DNA of 64,000 nt from Pedosphaera sp. Its GTDB lineage: Bacteria > Verrucomicrobiota > Verrucomicrobiia > Limisphaerales > SIBH01. The stretch covers positions 8,979 to 72,978 of the forward strand of contig JANOQV010000149.1 of the NCBI GenBank assembly GCA_031414955.1. The letters run 5' to 3'. Each line of letters begins with the position of its first letter. Positions within the stretch are counted from its first letter, which is position 1. A program made the position numbers and the translations under genes. Shown in pieces: positions 63,863 to 64,000 of this stretch. Below the pieces are notes generated by a model, which saw only the letters and a list, made by a program, of their open reading frames with translations, searched no databases and was not told where the DNA came from.

Positions 63863-64000
63863 GGTGGGGTGAGACTCCGTCGAACCCTAACTGCCGACGC
63901 AGGAGGCGCGAGCGCAGCGAGCATCTCGGTTTGCGCGCGCGTCACCCGAGATGCTCGTTTCACTCGCCTCGCTCCGCTCGAATTGGGGTTCGACGGAGTC
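63863..64000. repeat. nested REP-like palindrome, truncated by the window end
   Basis: gactccgtcgaaccc (63873-63887) / gggttcgacggagtc (63986-64000) enclosing cgagcatctcgg / ccgagatgctcg. Confidence 0.8.

Noticed and set aside
63813..64000. IS end or group II intron
   Set aside because: Explained by nested REP-like palindromes; no transposase or reverse transcriptase in the window, although the truncation leaves this open.

Overview
GC-rich bacterial chromosomal window, most likely Verrucomicrobiota (Pedosphaera/Limisphaera-like). This assignment is inferred from gene content, repeat families and the style of the secreted proteins. Housekeeping genes: recQ, mfd, purC, dusB, an opp ABC module, pgk-tpiA-secG, hpf, bioF, dapL. 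Accessory content: a wHTH/membrane-protein operon with a paired operator; an ECF sigma factor / Ser-Thr kinase / 2.2-kaa beta-repeat surface protein unit; a ceruloplasmin-like two-domain multicopper oxidase; a 2.4-kaa lamin-tail/CotH-kinase protein; a secreted phosphoesterase; an MMPL transporter operon; and three toxin-antitoxin loci (RelE/ParE, MenAT1-like, frameshifted VapBC). No rRNA, tRNA, CRISPR array or transposase was found. Most notable observations: (1) three unrelated secreted proteins share a ~70-aa C-terminal domain ending R[FY]Y[RQ]xxxP, a candidate undescribed export signal, and exported regions are enriched in Thr-Asn; (2) a three-level nested domain insertion containing a circularly permuted CBM; (3) heptamer and palindromic repeats translated in-frame inside mfd, bioF and another gene; (4) two internally deleted gene remnants (mini-yebC and an FAH-family gene); (5) a shared candidate ECF promoter; (6) many apparently leaderless promoters. 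All family assignments are by eye, without database searches.
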